Of a stretch of 35,910 nucleotides of DNA, positions 34,830-35,910 are shown in pieces. The notes beneath the pieces were generated by a model. That model saw only the letters and a program-made list of their open reading frames with translations, searched no databases and was not told the DNA's origin. The position numbers and the translations under genes are program-made. The stretch covers positions 1 to 35,910 of the forward strand of contig MCFE01000795.1 of assembly GCA_002104905.1 (NCBI GenBank), given 5' to 3'. The DNA is from Basidiobolus meristosporus CBS 931.73 (taxonomy: Eukaryota > Fungi > Basidiobolomycota). Position 1 is the stretch's first letter. Each line of letters begins with the position of its first letter.

Positions 34830-35720
34830 ATGGTCCCCATACCAAGCCTCAACTCATCTTTAGTACAACCCAGACAAAACCCATCCCCCAGCTCACAAGC
34901 GCGGTCCGGACCGGAAAAGTTGATGTCAGATCTGTTCGAGTTCTTGCCAAATGATTTTAGTATGGCCCAAGTGTCTATGATGAGCCTTCATACAGATATT
35001 TGGGCACTACTGATTAATCTAGCAGAACTAGATACCTCAGAGAGTCGACAAAGATGGAAGAATTTGAGTAGAAAGCTGTGGCATGAGTTCTACATCAAGA
35101 TGCCAGCCGATGTATGTAAAAAGATATATAACAAGACAAGTATTGAAGTCAAGAATGAGCTGAGAGTGAGGGGATTTGACAAGGAAGCCGTGCGGGAACG
35201 ATTTCGCGCGCAATTTGCACAGTACGGGCCGGACACATCCGTTCGTGCCTCAACTTTGGGAACCAAAGAGATTTTGAATGAGTTTTTGCCTCAAATGACT
35301 AATGTACTACGCGATATATTAGTAGAGCTAAGTGGCTTCCGAGAGCAATATACACAGGACTCATCCAGGAAACAGCTCCAAAGTATCAGACAGAGGGTAA
35401 GTGAATACCTTGAGGAATCAGATGGTGAGCTTCAGGAGGAAGAATACAGACCGCAAGCAACATCGTCCAGATTGCGCCAGCACGCCGTGCTGGATTCCCT
35501 ACCATCTCTTGCAACCACAGCACGCCGGCGCACATCAGTCCAGACTACGCCAACACCCTTTACCAGAACGCCCCGTGTTGAGTCAACGTGCATTGAGTCA
35601 ACGCGCGTTGGGTCAACGTGCGCGCTTCAGAGCAAAACTACCAGAACTTGCCAAACTGCTCATTTAGACACAAGGCCATTGGAGCGGACCAAGTCGCGTC
35701 AACATGCGGCATCACATTGA
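34830..35720 (+). CDS. Harbinger accessory ORF2, probable Myb/SANT (trihelix-like) DNA-binding protein with low-complexity tail
   Basis: IWALL...RQRWKNLSRKLWHEFYIKMPADVCKKIYNK fits the W...W...C spacing of Myb/SANT-like domains. Divergent from the transposase, as is common for Harbinger two-ORF elements. The true start may be ATG 34923. Confidence 0.6.
   Translation: MVPIPSLNSSLVQPRQNPSPSSQARSGPEKLMSDLFEFLPNDFSMAQVSMMSLHTDIWALLINLAELDTSESRQRWKNLSRKLWHEFYIKMPADVCKKIYNKTSIEVKNELRVRGFDKEAVRERFRAQFAQYGPDTSVRASTLGTKEILNEFLPQMTNVLRDILVELSGFREQYTQDSSRKQLQSIRQRVSEYLEESDGELQEEEYRPQATSSRLRQHAVLDSLPSLATTARRRTSVQTTPTPFTRTPRVESTCIESTRVGSTCALQSKTTRTCQTAHLDTRPLERTKSRQHAASH
35577..35621 (+). repeat. 3 x 15-bp tandem repeat with quasi-palindromic core
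   Basis: GTTGAGTCAACGTGC / ATTGAGTCAACGCGC / GTTGGGTCAACGTGC, encoding VESTC-IESTR-VGSTC. Confidence 0.85.
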
Positions 35721-35910
35721 ACTCAGCCAAGGGCCATCTCAACGCGTCAAGGCGTGCCTGCGCGTGCCCTTTCGCCTGACCATCAGCAAGTTACTTCTGG
35801 TGAACTGACTGATGATGACCAACATGAAGTGCCTCAACCACCGGAGCCCTTGGCAAGTAAAAGAACGCGTCAGCACGTGGCACTACAGGCCCGGTTCAGT
35901 TGGTTCAGTC

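Larger units (their letters stand above)
33403..35910. mobile_element. PIF/Harbinger-superfamily DNA transposon, left end; extends beyond the window
   Basis: Left terminus AGACTTGTTCCGTTGGATAGTGCCACA preceded by AAT, a DDE transposase and a divergent second ORF. The right terminus is not in the window. Confidence 0.85.

Overview
Eukaryotic, intron-containing DNA, most consistent with a fungus (an early-diverging lineage is plausible, but that is inference). The window has two halves. 1-16.3 kb is gene-rich and CpG-rich: a short-chain dehydrogenase pseudogene, V-ATPase subunit d (VMA6), an HP1/Swi6 chromo+chromoshadow gene, an alpha-arrestin, an alpha/beta hydrolase and an apparently damaged GID4/VID24. 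From ~16.3 kb onward is a strongly CpG-depleted nest of transposons. About nine LTR copies of one Ty1/copia family (half-tRNA-iMet primer site) are nested into each other and into an old CACTA-like transposase. There is also a 733-bp foldback MITE and a PIF/Harbinger-type element (intact DDE transposase plus divergent Myb/SANT-like ORF) sharing the MITE's 27-bp terminus. Most striking: (1) a ~1.3-kb foreign AT-rich cassette carrying an archaeo-eukaryotic primase (AEP)-like ORF and two 50-bp-period tandem repeats replaces ~0.9 kb of one copia copy; (2) the intact Harbinger transposase ORF has no CpG at all, while its partner ORF is CpG-rich. All calls come from manual reading; no searches were run.
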